DNA of 59,446 bases from Rhizobium sp. Q54. Its GTDB lineage: Bacteria > Pseudomonadota > Alphaproteobacteria > SMXQ01. The DNA lies in assembly GCA_945861615.1 (NCBI GenBank), contig CAMAVH010000003.1:1-59446 (forward strand). The letters are read 5' to 3'. Both the position numbers and the translations under genes were made by a program. Numbering within the stretch: position 1 is the first letter of the stretch; each line of letters begins with the position of its first letter. This document shows positions 26,808 to 37,127 of this stretch, in pieces. The notes under the pieces are model-generated. The model had not been told where the DNA came from and did no database searches. It was given only the letters and a program-made list of their open reading frames with translations.

Positions 26808-27077
26808 TCAGCGATTGGGGCCGCGGTCCTTCAGCTGCCAGACGAAAAAGCCGGCGACCGCGAGCGGCATGATGAGCACGAAGGCCTGAAACGGCATGTT
26901 GGGCCATACCGACCACAACTTGAACAGGATCAGCAACAGGCCGAGCGAGATGGCGTAGGTCACCAGACCGCCGAAGATCGCATAGCCGCGCGTCTTGCCG
27001 CCCTTGTAGAGCACCATGCCCACCGCGCCGGCGGGCAGAAAGGTCGACATCAGGATGATGAGCAGCTCAGGCGACAT
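26808..27077 (-). CDS. 89-aa membrane protein of unknown function (three hydrophobic helices)
   Basis: SD ggag lies before the ATG. The protein begins MSPELLIILMSTFLPAGAVGMVLYKGG.... It sits between acs and the stress micro-genes. I recognised no family. Confidence 0.6.
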   Translation of the reverse strand: MSPELLIILMSTFLPAGAVGMVLYKGGKTRGYAIFGGLVTYAISLGLLLILFKLWSVWPNMPFQAFVLIMPLAVAGFFVWQLKDRGPNR

Positions 27078-27174
27078 GATCGCTCCAGCGATGACGGGAA
27101 GGACGGCGGCGGAACTTTAGCCGCCGCCGCTAGGCGCCGTCCATAAGCGATCTGTCCCGCCGCGGCCTCAGCGC

Positions 27175-29112
<1,938 letters not shown>

Positions 29113-29255
29113 CGCGAGGCTCCCTGGACCGGCGGCCTGGATCGGCCGTCTGGCGCTCTTTGTCCTGGATTATTGGCGGAAGCGCCGCCGCGAGACAAGC
29201 GGCGCCGCGCGATTGCGGGCGCGTCGCGTTACCGGCGGGTGACGGGCCCTAAAGC

Positions 29256-29681
29256 TCAGTCGGCCAGGTAAATGATGCCTTTTTCGACGCGCAGGGCCAC
29301 CTGTTCGAGGCCCTGGCCCGGGCAGGGGCCGCCCAGGCAGCTGCCGTCGCGCATATCGAAGGTGGCGGCATGAACGACGCAAAGGATGCGGGTCTTGTCA
29401 TGGTTGAGAAAGACATGCGGCTTCCAATTGAGCGGCACGAAGCGGTGCGGGCAGATATTGACGTAGCCGAAGGCCTCGTCGCCCTGGCGGATGACGAAGA
29501 TTTCTTCATCCTCGCCGCCGCGCCGCATCATGAAGGCGCGGCTGCCGGGGTCGGCCATCTCGTCGAGCCGGCACAGCGCTTCGCCGGGCTTCACCGTCAG
29601 CACCGGGGGCGGCGAGTCATCGTCCGCCTTGCCTTCGAAGGAGAGGCCGACCGGCGTGTGAGTGCTGGGGTGATCGGCCAA
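29256..29681 (-). CDS. Rieske [2Fe-2S] domain protein
   Basis: CPHRF...CVVHAATF (CxH...CxxH). Apparent TTG start at 29681, with aagga 7 nt upstream overlapping the EVE stop. Confidence 0.8.
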   Translation of the reverse strand: MADHPSTHTPVGLSFEGKADDDSPPPVLTVKPGEALCRLDEMADPGSRAFMMRRGGEDEEIFVIRQGDEAFGYVNICPHRFVPLNWKPHVFLNHDKTRILCVVHAATFDMRDGSCLGGPCPGQGLEQVALRVEKGIIYLAD

Positions 29682-29690
29682 GATGCGTCC

Positions 29691-30104
29691 TTATGCCTTG
29701 TAGCCGCCGAGGCTGCAGATGATCTTCCAGGAGGCGGCGTCGATCGGCATGACCGAGAGGCGCGATTGGCGGATCAGGGCGAGATCCTGCAGGCGCGGAT
29801 CGGCTTTGATCTGGTCGAGCGTCACCGGCTTGGGAAACGGCTTGAGAGCCTTGACCTCGACCATGCCGAAGCGGGCCGTCTCGTCGGTCGGGTCGGGATG
29901 GTGGGCCTTCGACACCTCGACGACGCCGACGACGCTCTTCTCGCTCACCGAATGATAGAAGAAGCCGGTGTCGCCGACTTTCATGGCCTTCATATTGTTA
30001 TTGGCCTGGTAGTTGCGCACGCCGGTCCAACCGGTGCGCTTGTCCTTCACCAGCCTGTCCCACGAATAGGCTTCGGGTTCCGACTTGAACAGCCAATGGG
30101 CCAT
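29691..30104 (-). CDS. EVE (PUA-like) domain protein
   Basis: MAHWLFKSEPEAYSWDRLVKDKRTGWTGVRNYQANNNMKAMKVGDTGFFYHS... is typical of the EVE family. Confidence 0.85.
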   Translation of the reverse strand: MAHWLFKSEPEAYSWDRLVKDKRTGWTGVRNYQANNNMKAMKVGDTGFFYHSVSEKSVVGVVEVSKAHHPDPTDETARFGMVEVKALKPFPKPVTLDQIKADPRLQDLALIRQSRLSVMPIDAASWKIICSLGGYKA

Positions 30105-30109
30105 GGCCG

Positions 30110-30409
30110 TCACTTGCCCGCGGCGGCCGGATAGAAGGTGATCAGCTTCCACGGCGTAAAGCTGCGGCTGGCGAACAGGCCCGCCTTGTAATAGGGGTCG
30201 TTGTTGGAGAACGCCTCGGCGGCAGCGCGGTCGGGCGCTTCGTAAATGATGACGGTGCCGGTCATGGCGGCGCCGTCGTCGGCGAGGGTCGGGCCGGCGA
30301 CGAAGACTTTCTCTTCGTGGCTATGGATATATTCGATGTGGGCCGGGCGCGTGGCCATGCGCAAATCCAGGCTATTGGGCTTATCGACGCATTGAATCAT
30401 GAACAGCAT
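30110..30409 (-). CDS. YciI-family protein
   Basis: MLFMIQCVDKPNSLDLRMATRPAHIEYI...AGPTL...DPYYKAGLF, 99 aa. Start taken at ATG 30409. Confidence 0.8.
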   Translation of the reverse strand: MLFMIQCVDKPNSLDLRMATRPAHIEYIHSHEEKVFVAGPTLADDGAAMTGTVIIYEAPDRAAAEAFSNNDPYYKAGLFASRSFTPWKLITFYPAAAGK

Positions 30410-30584
30410 GCTGCAGGTTCCTTTATTGGGCGCAGCAATGTAACCGAGAGGCTGTTGTTTGCCAACGCAGCCTGACGGCGCGCGGGGCGGGATGGGCTCG
30501 CTTGCCAATCAATAGGCCGGGGTGCAGAGTCGCGGCGCGTGGCCCGCCGAGGGCCTGCCCCTGTCCGACTGGCGCCAGCTGCTC

Positions 30585-31895
30585 ATGACGATGCCCGATT
30601 CCCGCGCTCCGCGTTCCGTCGCTCCGGCCAACGGCCAGTCGGCCGGCCAGCCTTTGCGCGCCGCCCGCGGCGTGTCCGGCGCGGTTCCGGGGTCCGGCGT
30701 CTTGCCCCCCGGCGTGCGCGATTTGCGCCTCGATTTTTTCCGCGGATTGGCGTTGCTTTGCATCTTCATCGATCACATTCCCGGCAATCGCATCGCCGAC
30801 TACACGATCCGCGTGATCGGCCTCAGCGACGCATCCGAGCTGTTCATCTTCATTTCGGGCTACGCGGCGGGGCTGGTCTACATGTCGGCGGTTGCCCGCG
30901 AAGGCCTGCTGTTTTCTGGCCTGCGCGTCTGGCGGCGCGTCTGGCAGCTTTACGTCGCGCATCTTTTTCTCTTCATCATCTTCACCGCCGAAGTCGCCTG
31001 GACGTCGATGAAGTTCGACAATCCGATGTATGTCGAAGAAATGAACATCGCCAGATTCCTCAACGAGCCGCATATCGCGATCCTCGAGGCGTTGCTGCTG
31101 AAGTTCAAACCGGTCTACATGGATATCCTGCCGCTCTACATCGTTCTTCTCGCCTTCTTCCCGTTCGCCCTCTGGCTGATCCGCCGCAGTCGCCTGCTGG
31201 CGCTCGGTATTTCGGTCGGGCTTTATGCGGTCGTGCGCTATTACCATCTCAACCTGCCGGGTTATCCGGAAGACGCCGTATGGTATTTCAACCCGCTCGC
31301 CTGGCAGCTGCTCTTCGTGATCGGCGCGATCCTCGGCGCCTCCACGCGCAGCTTCGCCAATTCCGGCGCCCAGTTTCCGATCCCGCGCAACCGTTGGCTG
31401 CTCGGCGCGGCCATTGCCTATGCGCTGTTCGGCTTCGCCATGCAGTTCCTGTGGGAGCACGATCTGATCGGCCGGGTCTTTCCTCACGGCTCGGAAGCGT
31501 TCATCTTTCCCACCGACAAGACCAATCTATCGGGCTGGCGCCTCGCCAATCTTTTGGCGCTGGCCTATATCACCACCTATTTCCTGCGCGCCGACAGCGC
31601 GATGCTGCGCTGGCGCGTTTTCCATCCGCTGATCATGTGCGGCCAGCACTCGCTGCATATTTTTTGCCTCGGCGTCTTCTTGTCCTTCGCCGGGCTGATC
31701 GTGCTGGTCGAGCTCGACGACTCGCTGGCCTATCAATTGATGGTCAACGGTGCGGGCATCGCCATCATGATCGCGGCGGCGGCGCTGCTCGCATGGTATC
31801 GCGCCAAGGAACGCATGCCGCGCAAGCCCAATGACATGTCGGCGCGTCCGGCCGACATCGGATCGACAGCTCTCGGGGGAGGCTCTGCCGAATGA
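30585..31895 (+). CDS. opgC: OpgC-family membrane protein (acyltransferase-3-like; periplasmic glucan succinylation family)
   Basis: LRLDFFRGLALLCIFIDHIPGNRIADYTIRVIGLSDASELFIFISGYAAGLVY with about 10 TM helices. The start could be GTG 30522 or ATG 30585. Confidence 0.8.
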   Translation: MTMPDSRAPRSVAPANGQSAGQPLRAARGVSGAVPGSGVLPPGVRDLRLDFFRGLALLCIFIDHIPGNRIADYTIRVIGLSDASELFIFISGYAAGLVYMSAVAREGLLFSGLRVWRRVWQLYVAHLFLFIIFTAEVAWTSMKFDNPMYVEEMNIARFLNEPHIAILEALLLKFKPVYMDILPLYIVLLAFFPFALWLIRRSRLLALGISVGLYAVVRYYHLNLPGYPEDAVWYFNPLAWQLLFVIGAILGASTRSFANSGAQFPIPRNRWLLGAAIAYALFGFAMQFLWEHDLIGRVFPHGSEAFIFPTDKTNLSGWRLANLLALAYITTYFLRADSAMLRWRVFHPLIMCGQHSLHIFCLGVFLSFAGLIVLVELDDSLAYQLMVNGAGIAIMIAAAALLAWYRAKERMPRKPNDMSARPADIGSTALGGGSAE

Positions 31896-32680
31896 TCGCT
31901 CATCATGGTCCGCGCGGCGGACGGCGCCGGCAGATCGCCGCCGCATGGGTCTTTTGTTGTGTCGCGGTCTTCATTTCCGGCGCGCAGGCGGCCGAATCGA
32001 CTCCGCAGGCGGAGCTCGCCGCATTCTGCGCCGTCCCGGAAGACCTGTCGGACGGTGGCTTCCTCAAACATGCGCGCGAGGCCTACCGCGCCGGCAAGCC
32101 GCTGCGCATCGTCGCCTTCGGCACTTCGTCGAGCGCCGGCACAGGCGCGGCGAGCCGCGCTAACGCCTATCCGGCCCGGCTGCAAGCCGATCTGCAGGAG
32201 CGCTTCGCCATTCCCGTCGAGGTGGTCAACAAGAGCGTCGGCGGCCAATCGGCCCGCCAAATGGCCTCTCGCTTGGAAGACGACGTCGTCAGCCTGGCGC
32301 CCAGTTTGGTGATCTGGCAGACCGGCACGGTCGATGCGGCGGGCAATCTGGAGATCGAGGACTTCGGCCGCTCTCTCTCTCAAGGCGTTGAAATGCTTGA
32401 GAAAGAGGGGATCGACGTGATTTTTATGAATATGCAATACTCACGTCGCATCGAATTGCTGGTAAATTACTGGCCCTATGTCGAGATGATGAACGCGGTC
32501 GCCGCCCAGTCGGGCGCGGTTCTGTTCGACAGGCTGGAAATGATGCGTCACTGGGCGAGCGAAGGGCGGCTGGATTTCGACAATATGCCGCGGGCCGAAC
32601 GTGCCAGCCGTGCCGCCAAGCTCCATGAGTGCATCGCCCTGCAGTTGGGCGATATGATCGAGAAAGCCGTTCGCCGGTAA
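31892..32680 (+). CDS. Secreted SGNH/GDSL-family hydrolase
   Basis: ATGA overlap with the opgC stop. Signal peptide ...VFISGAQA. Block I reads RIVAFGTSSSAGTG. Confidence 0.8.
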   Translation: MIAHHGPRGGRRRQIAAAWVFCCVAVFISGAQAAESTPQAELAAFCAVPEDLSDGGFLKHAREAYRAGKPLRIVAFGTSSSAGTGAASRANAYPARLQADLQERFAIPVEVVNKSVGGQSARQMASRLEDDVVSLAPSLVIWQTGTVDAAGNLEIEDFGRSLSQGVEMLEKEGIDVIFMNMQYSRRIELLVNYWPYVEMMNAVAAQSGAVLFDRLEMMRHWASEGRLDFDNMPRAERASRAAKLHECIALQLGDMIEKAVRR

Positions 32681-32766
32681 CAGCGCGGCAAGATATCGGG
32701 CCAAGATCACGCGTGATCAACCGCAGTAGCCACCGCGTACCGTTCGACCAGTCAGGTTTTTAGCCC

Positions 32767-33729
32767 GTGTCGCGCAGATCGCAATCGCTTCCGACCGCCC
32801 TCTTGTGGGCCGCCGCTCTCGGCGTCTGCGCCGCCGCGCAGGCGGCAGATCTGCCGCCCGCGACATCCCTGAGCGCCAAATCCCTGACGCAAAAATCGAC
32901 CCCGGCGAAAGCCGGCGAGCCTGGCGAGCCCAAGTCGAGCGCGCGCTTCGACAGCGCGCGTTGCGCCGTGCCCGAGTCGCTGATCGCCCAGGAGCAGCCG
33001 CTGCCGCATGTCGGCTTCAAGCTGCGTAACGACCTGCCGATCAAGATCGTCGCCATCGGCTCGTCCTCTACCGCCGGTCACGGCGCCTCGAGCCCGAGCC
33101 ATTCCTATCCCGCGCGTCTCGCCGCCGAATTGCTCGAACTATGGCCGCGCGCGCAACTCACCGTCGTCAACCGCGGGGTCGGCGGCGATCGCACGACGCA
33201 GATGATGATGCGGTTCGAGCGCGACGTGCTGGCGGAAAAGCCCGATCTGGTGGTTTGGCAGGTCGGCACCAACGAAAGCCTGGCCGGCGACACGATCTAC
33301 GCTATGCGCGAGCTGATTCTCGAAGGCATCGACACCCTGGAGATGGCCGGCATCGACGTCATTCTGATGTCGCCGCAATATGCCCCGCGCTTCAACGAAA
33401 AGCCCGACCATCTGCTTCGTGTCGAAGCGGTGCGCGCGACCGGGCGCGAAAAGCATGTCGGCGTGTTCCGCCGCTTTGAAATCATGCAGAACTGGGTCGC
33501 GCGCGACAACATGACCCTCGATGCGATGATCTCGAATGACGGCTTGCACATGAACGATCTCAGCTATGGCTGCACCGCGCATCTCCTGGCGCGCCAGATC
33601 GCGGCGGCGAGCCGGGCCATGCCGGTCATGGCGATCCGCCAGCCGGCGCCCCTGCCGACGGCGCAGGCCAAGCCGCTATCGACGTCTGCGGGATCCCTGT
33701 CCGCCGGACCGGCACTGGTCGCGCCGTAG
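32767..33729 (+). CDS. Secreted SGNH/GDSL-family hydrolase (paralogue)
   Basis: GTG start. Signal peptide LLWAAALGVCAAAQA. Block I reads KIVAIGSSSTAGHG and block V NDGLHMND. Confidence 0.8.
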   Translation: MSRRSQSLPTALLWAAALGVCAAAQAADLPPATSLSAKSLTQKSTPAKAGEPGEPKSSARFDSARCAVPESLIAQEQPLPHVGFKLRNDLPIKIVAIGSSSTAGHGASSPSHSYPARLAAELLELWPRAQLTVVNRGVGGDRTTQMMMRFERDVLAEKPDLVVWQVGTNESLAGDTIYAMRELILEGIDTLEMAGIDVILMSPQYAPRFNEKPDHLLRVEAVRATGREKHVGVFRRFEIMQNWVARDNMTLDAMISNDGLHMNDLSYGCTAHLLARQIAAASRAMPVMAIRQPAPLPTAQAKPLSTSAGSLSAGPALVAP

Positions 33730-33748
33730 GCCGCGCCGAGCGCGGCGA

Positions 33749-34786
33749 CTATCGGCCCGAATATTCTGCGGTAAAGGGCCGCGCGAGCAGCCCGTCGATG
33801 GCATGGTCGATATCGTTGCCGCTGTGCAGCACCGCGTCGACGGCGAAACAGATCGGCATGTCGACGCCGTGCCGTTTGGCCAGCGCGACCACCGCGGGTG
33901 CGGAGAACACGCCTTCCGCCACCGAGCTTTTGCCGCCCAAGGCGCTCGCCAGATCCTGTCCTTCGCCGAGCGCGAAGCCGACCGAGTAATTGCGCGATTT
34001 GGCGCTCATGCAGGTGAGCATGAGATCGCCGACGCCCGACAGGCCCATCAGCGTCTCCATCCGCCCGCCGAGCGCCGTGCCGAGGCGGACGATTTCATGC
34101 AGGCCGCGCGTGATCAGGGCGGCCCGCGCGTTCTCGCCGAGGCCGCGCCCGCTGACGATGCCGCTGGCGATCGCCATCACGTTCTTCACCGCGCCGCCGA
34201 TCTGGGCACCGACCAAGTCGTCGGACAGATAGGGGCGCAGACGCTGCGAGCCGAGCGCCGCGACCAGCTTCGCGCCAAGCGCGGCATCCTGGCAGGCCAG
34301 CGTCACGGCGACGGGCAGGCCGCGCGCGGCTTCGCCGGCGAAGGTCGGGCCCGACAGTACGGCGAGCGGCGCTTGCGCCAGCACTTCACCGACGGCTTCG
34401 CTCATCAGCGCGCCGCTGCCCTGCTCGATGCCCTTGGCACAGATCACCGCCGGAACGCCGGACCGCCAATGGTCCGACAATTTGGCGGCGGTCGCGCGCA
34501 TGAATTGCGCCGGGGCGACCAGCAGGACCGCGTCGGCGTCACAGGCGCGCGCCGGATCGTCGGTTGCCGTCACCGCGTTGGGCAAGACGACGCCGGGCAA
34601 AAAGCCGCGGTTCTCGTGGCGCGTGTTGATGTCGGCGACCACTTCGGGTTCGCGTGCCCATAAGGTGACGCGACGGCCGGCGCGCGCGGCGGCGGCGGCC
34701 AGCGCTGTGCCCCAGGCGCCGCCGCCGATCACGCCGATGCGCGTCATCGGCAGATCGCCGGTATTATCGTTGGATGATTCGGTCAT
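33749..34786 (-). CDS. gpsA: NAD(P)H-dependent glycerol-3-phosphate dehydrogenase
   Basis: ...MTRIGVIGGGAWGTALA... Rossmann motif. Start at ATG 34786 or 34747. The track ORF start at 34936 overlaps tsaD. Confidence 0.9.
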   Translation of the reverse strand: MTESSNDNTGDLPMTRIGVIGGGAWGTALAAAAARAGRRVTLWAREPEVVADINTRHENRGFLPGVVLPNAVTATDDPARACDADAVLLVAPAQFMRATAAKLSDHWRSGVPAVICAKGIEQGSGALMSEAVGEVLAQAPLAVLSGPTFAGEAARGLPVAVTLACQDAALGAKLVAALGSQRLRPYLSDDLVGAQIGGAVKNVMAIASGIVSGRGLGENARAALITRGLHEIVRLGTALGGRMETLMGLSGVGDLMLTCMSAKSRNYSVGFALGEGQDLASALGGKSSVAEGVFSAPAVVALAKRHGVDMPICFAVDAVLHSGNDIDHAIDGLLARPFTAEYSGR

Positions 34787-34841
34787 GCGCGGCAGTTTGC
34801 CATCGGGCGGCGAGATACGAAAGCGTTCATGATTTTGGCGC

Positions 34842-35930
34842 TCATGCTTTAACGCCGGCGCCGACTGCGCGCGGCGCGGTGGGATCGAGCGGCCAGCGCG
34901 GCCGCGGCGCGAAATCCAGACCGTCGGTGAAGCCAAGGCGCAGACGCTCCACGCCGGCCCAGGCGATCATCGCCGCATTGTCGGTGCAGAGCGCGAGCGG
35001 CGGTGCGACGAGGCGCAGGCCGCGCTTATCCGCGAGCACGGCGAGGCGCGCGCGCAAGGCGCCATTGGCGGCGACGCCGCCGGCGATCACGAGATGGCGG
35101 GTCGCCGCATCGGGATAGCGCTCGAGGAACATGGTCAGGGCATTGCCGGCCCGATCGGCCATCACATCGGCGACCGCGTCTTGGAACGCGCCGGCGATGG
35201 CGGCGACGACGGCGCGTTTCGGGCTGCCGCCGTCGAGATCGTCGGGCCGCAAGCCCTCGATGGATTGGCGTAGCGCGGTTTTCAGACCGGAGAATGAGAA
35301 GTCGCAGCCGGGGCGGCCGGCCAGCGGCCGCGGCAGAGGAAAGCGTCGCCGGTCGGCGGCGGAACTTTCGCCGGCGGCGCGTTCGATCTCGGGTCCGCCG
35401 GGATAGCCGAGGCCCAGCATCTTGGCGGCCTTGTCGAAGGCTTCGCCCACGGCATCGTCGATCGTGGTGCCGAGCCGCTTGTAGCGGCCGACGCCTTCGA
35501 CGATCAGCAACTGGCAATGGCCGCCGGTCGCCAGCAGCAGAAGATAGGGAAAGGGCAAATCGTCGGACAGGCGCGCGGTCAGCGCGTGGCCTTCGAGATG
35601 ATTGACGGCGATCAGCGGCTTGCGATGCACCAGGGCCAAGGCTTTCGCCGTGGTGATGCCGACGATGACGCCGCCGATCAGCCCCGGCCCGCCGGTGGCG
35701 GCGATGCCGTCGAGCTCGGCGAGCCCAACCTTGGCCTCGGCGAGCGCTTCGGCGACCAGCCGGTCGAGATGGTCGAGATGGCTGCGCGCGGCGATCTCCG
35801 GCACGATTCCGCCATAGGGTGCATGCTCGAGGGTCTGCGACAGGACGCGGCTCGCCAGAATGACGCGCGCGTCGTTGACGACGGCGGCGGCGGTTTCGTC
35901 GCAGCTGGTTTCGATACCCAAGATCAGCAT
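34842..35930 (-). CDS. tsaD: tRNA N6-adenosine threonylcarbamoyltransferase
   Basis: [17 protein letters not shown]...[10 protein letters not shown]... of the Kae1/Gcp family. Confidence 0.95.
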   Translation of the reverse strand: MLILGIETSCDETAAAVVNDARVILASRVLSQTLEHAPYGGIVPEIAARSHLDHLDRLVAEALAEAKVGLAELDGIAATGGPGLIGGVIVGITTAKALALVHRKPLIAVNHLEGHALTARLSDDLPFPYLLLLATGGHCQLLIVEGVGRYKRLGTTIDDAVGEAFDKAAKMLGLGYPGGPEIERAAGESSAADRRRFPLPRPLAGRPGCDFSFSGLKTALRQSIEGLRPDDLDGGSPKRAVVAAIAGAFQDAVADVMADRAGNALTMFLERYPDAATRHLVIAGGVAANGALRARLAVLADKRGLRLVAPPLALCTDNAAMIAWAGVERLRLGFTDGLDFAPRPRWPLDPTAPRAVGAGVKA

Positions 35931-36115
35931 GGCGCGAGCATCAGGACAGGGGACTTGGCATGGCGCGGCACTCTACACGCTCGCCCGCGGGATCGCCATG
36001 CGCCGAGTGGGCGCGCAGGGGGCCGGACAAAGGCCTGATTTCGCAAGGAAAGGCTTTTGCACGGGGCGCTGCGGCGACGGTTGCCTGCGGCCCGCGAAGC
36101 GACTAAACCCAAGAC

Positions 36116-37093
36116 ATGATGTCGTCCGCTTCCTCCCGCGATCCGCGCCTGACGGCCCCCGGCCGCGTCGTGCTCGCCACGCGCGGCAGCCCGCTGGCGC
36201 TCGCCCAGGCCCATCAGCTGCGCGGCCTGCTGCTCGCGCAGGGCCCGGCGCTCGAGATTTCCATCGAACCGATGCGCACCACCGGCGACAAGTTCCTCGA
36301 CCGGCCGCTATCCGAGATCGGCGGCAAGGGGCTCTTCACCAAGGAACTCGACGAGGCGCTGCTCGCTGGGCGCGCCGATATCGCCGTTCATTCGATGAAA
36401 GACTTGCCGACGCATTTGCCGCCCGGCCTCACGCTCGTCGTGATGCTGGAGCGCGAAGATCCCCGCGACGTGTGGATCGGCCGCCATGGCGCAACGCTCG
36501 CCGATCTGCCGGCGGGCGCTCTGGTCGGCACCGCCTCCTTGCGGCGTGGCGCGCAAATTCTTCATCAGCGGCCGGATCTTTGCACCGGCATCTTTCGCGG
36601 CAATGTCCAGACGCGGTTGAAAAAACTCGCAGCGGGCGAAGCGGGGGCCACGCTCCTGGCGCTTGCCGGCCTGCATCGCCTCGGTCTGAAGATCGGCGAG
36701 GGCGAACTCGCCGGCGCGCGCGTGATGCCGATGGACGAGATGCTGCCGGCGCCCGGTCAGGGCGCCATCGGCATCGTCTGCCGCGCCGATGATGAAGCGA
36801 TGCACGATCTGCTCGCGCCGCTCGGCCATGCGGCGACCATGACGACGGTGACGGCGGAACGCGCCGCGCTCGAAGCGCTCGACGGCTCCTGCCGCACGCC
36901 GATCGCCGCCTTCGCCGAAACCGACGGCAACATCGTCTCGCTGCAAGTGGCGATCTTTTCGCCGGACGGCAAAAAATCATTCCGCACGGCGCGCAGCGGC
37001 GTGACGCGCGACGCCCAGGCCATGGGACAGGATGCCGGCGGCGAATTGCGCCGCCAGGCCGGGCCGACCTTCTTCGCGGAGCTGATGCGATGA
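36116..37093 (+). CDS. hemC: Hydroxymethylbilane synthase (porphobilinogen deaminase)
   Basis: ...VLATRGSPLALAQA...TTGDK...GGKGLFTKELDEALL...AVHSMKDLP... Confidence 0.95.
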   Translation: MMSSASSRDPRLTAPGRVVLATRGSPLALAQAHQLRGLLLAQGPALEISIEPMRTTGDKFLDRPLSEIGGKGLFTKELDEALLAGRADIAVHSMKDLPTHLPPGLTLVVMLEREDPRDVWIGRHGATLADLPAGALVGTASLRRGAQILHQRPDLCTGIFRGNVQTRLKKLAAGEAGATLLALAGLHRLGLKIGEGELAGARVMPMDEMLPAPGQGAIGIVCRADDEAMHDLLAPLGHAATMTTVTAERAALEALDGSCRTPIAAFAETDGNIVSLQVAIFSPDGKKSFRTARSGVTRDAQAMGQDAGGELRRQAGPTFFAELMR

Positions 37094-37127
37094 AGGAACT
37101 GGCACGATGAAGGACTTGGCGCGATGA
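37076..37127 (+). repeat. Three imperfect tandem copies (17-nt period) of the hemC-stop/hemD-start junction, creating two 6-codon mini-ORFs
   Basis: GAGCTGATGCGATGA / GAACTGGCACGATGA / GACTTGGCGCGATGA. hemC ...AELMR* ends with TGA at 37091-37093. MKELAR* spans 37090-37110 and MKDLAR* spans 37107-37127. The hemD ATG is at 37124. Each stop overlaps the next ATG as ATGA. Confidence 0.85.

Noticed and set aside
27095-27118. Hairpin ggcggcgg-aactttag-ccgccgcc downstream of acs as a terminator
   Set aside because: The 8-bp GC stem is real, but it has no U-tract on the acs strand. It may be a Rho-dependent or processing site. Not called.
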